Positions 63,465 to 64,000 of a stretch of DNA of 64,000 nucleotides are shown in pieces. Origin of the DNA: an uncultured Nitrososphaeraceae archaeon. Its GTDB lineage: Archaea > Thermoproteota > Nitrososphaeria > Nitrososphaerales > Nitrososphaeraceae. A model generated the notes under the pieces. It was not told the DNA's origin. It made no database searches and saw nothing but the letters and a program-made list of their open reading frames with translations. Where the stretch lies: assembly GCA_963779615.1 (NCBI GenBank), contig CAVZZA010000005.1, forward strand, positions 448,001 to 512,000. Direction: 5' to 3'. The number at the start of each line of letters is the position of its first letter. The first letter of the stretch is position 1. The translations under genes and the position numbers were made by a program.

Positions 63465-63911
63465 TTAAATAAAATCTTTGACTTCCAGGGTGTCAAAGTC
63501 AGTCCAAATATTATTTCCCGTAAACACAAATACCTGAAAATGCAAATGCGGGACATATGTGTAGCCCGTCATGCCAACCCTGGCTATTTCCTGGCCTGCC
63601 CGTACCTGCTGGTCCACCCTTACCATTGCGCTGCCGTATTCGAGGTGGTCGTATCGCGAGTGTTCTCCGTTTGGGTGGGTAATTGCGATAAAGTTGGTGT
63701 AACTCCAGTATGATGGACTGGGGCCACCAACATTGGAATCATCATGGACAAAGGCTACCACCCCATCTGCCGCAGCAAGGACCGGCGTACTTTGTGGAGC
63801 GATTAAATCAACCGCGTTTCTGAGGTTGCCTACATGTGCTGGAGAAGTTCTGTCTATTCTTTGTAGAAGGTTTTTTGATACCGGTAAAATATACTTATTT
63901 CGAGTTTTCAT
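63465..63911 (-). CDS. M23 (LytM-like) metallopeptidase, stand-alone, no signal peptide
   Basis: AH...AVDL, TPVLAAADGVV, YDHL, GQEIARVGMTG and PHLHF motifs. Confidence 0.9.
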   Translation of the reverse strand: MKTRNKYILPVSKNLLQRIDRTSPAHVGNLRNAVDLIAPQSTPVLAAADGVVAFVHDDSNVGGPSPSYWSYTNFIAITHPNGEHSRYDHLEYGSAMVRVDQQVRAGQEIARVGMTGYTYVPHLHFQVFVFTGNNIWTDFDTLEVKDFI

Positions 63912-64000
63912 AAAAAATATACGCCACCTTTTACACTAGTTTGTAAAACTACTATAAAGGGGTTGGACAATAATTGGCTGAACCTTTTTGAGGTTCTGGC

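Noticed and set aside
1-64000. CRISPR array, tRNA genes, provirus or integrase
   Set aside because: No regularly spaced direct repeats, cloverleaf structures or viral hallmark genes were seen by eye.

Overview
This is AT-rich archaeal chromosomal DNA, most consistent with an ammonia-oxidising thaumarchaeon of the Nitrososphaeraceae (Ca. Nitrosocosmicus-like; this placement is an inference from gene families, gene order and leaderless TATA architecture). Bases 1-32.2 kb are conserved core: GGR, translin, an Hjc-like nuclease, NnrE, CobT, Trm5-family methyltransferase, ABCE1, a stand-alone 5S rRNA, PepA, a UDP-sugar dehydrogenase, TatA, a DUF59-PqqD fusion, MtnA, PriL/PriS, Cbf5, cmk, adk, secY-uL15-uL30-uS5-uL18, and a divergent larB-mdh / larC-larE-iscS cluster. 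Bases 32.2-64 kb are accessory, with low coding density and many decayed genes. This part holds an O-methyltransferase, a frameshifted SDR, DUF1428, a peroxiredoxin, a cyclase-receiver fusion, HemD, an ArsA/Get3 with an alpha-crystallin domain, an LLM oxidoreductase, a Cys/Met-rich four-helix copper-storage protein, an IS remnant, a bacterial-type XPB with a broken partner gene, an alpha/beta hydrolase, a histidine kinase plus a response-regulator pseudogene, and an M23 peptidase. The best leads are: (i) a nickel-pincer cofactor pathway with an Fe-S-type LarE coupled to IscS, malate dehydrogenase embedded and no larA client in the window; (ii) the DUF59-PqqD/RRE fusion; (iii) the bacterial XPB plus p52-like module; (iv) the copper-storage gene with repeated ATATGC-N7-RCATAT palindromes; (v) unannotated small Cys/His proteins and a structured intergenic element. 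All family assignments are from motif recognition by eye; no searches were run.
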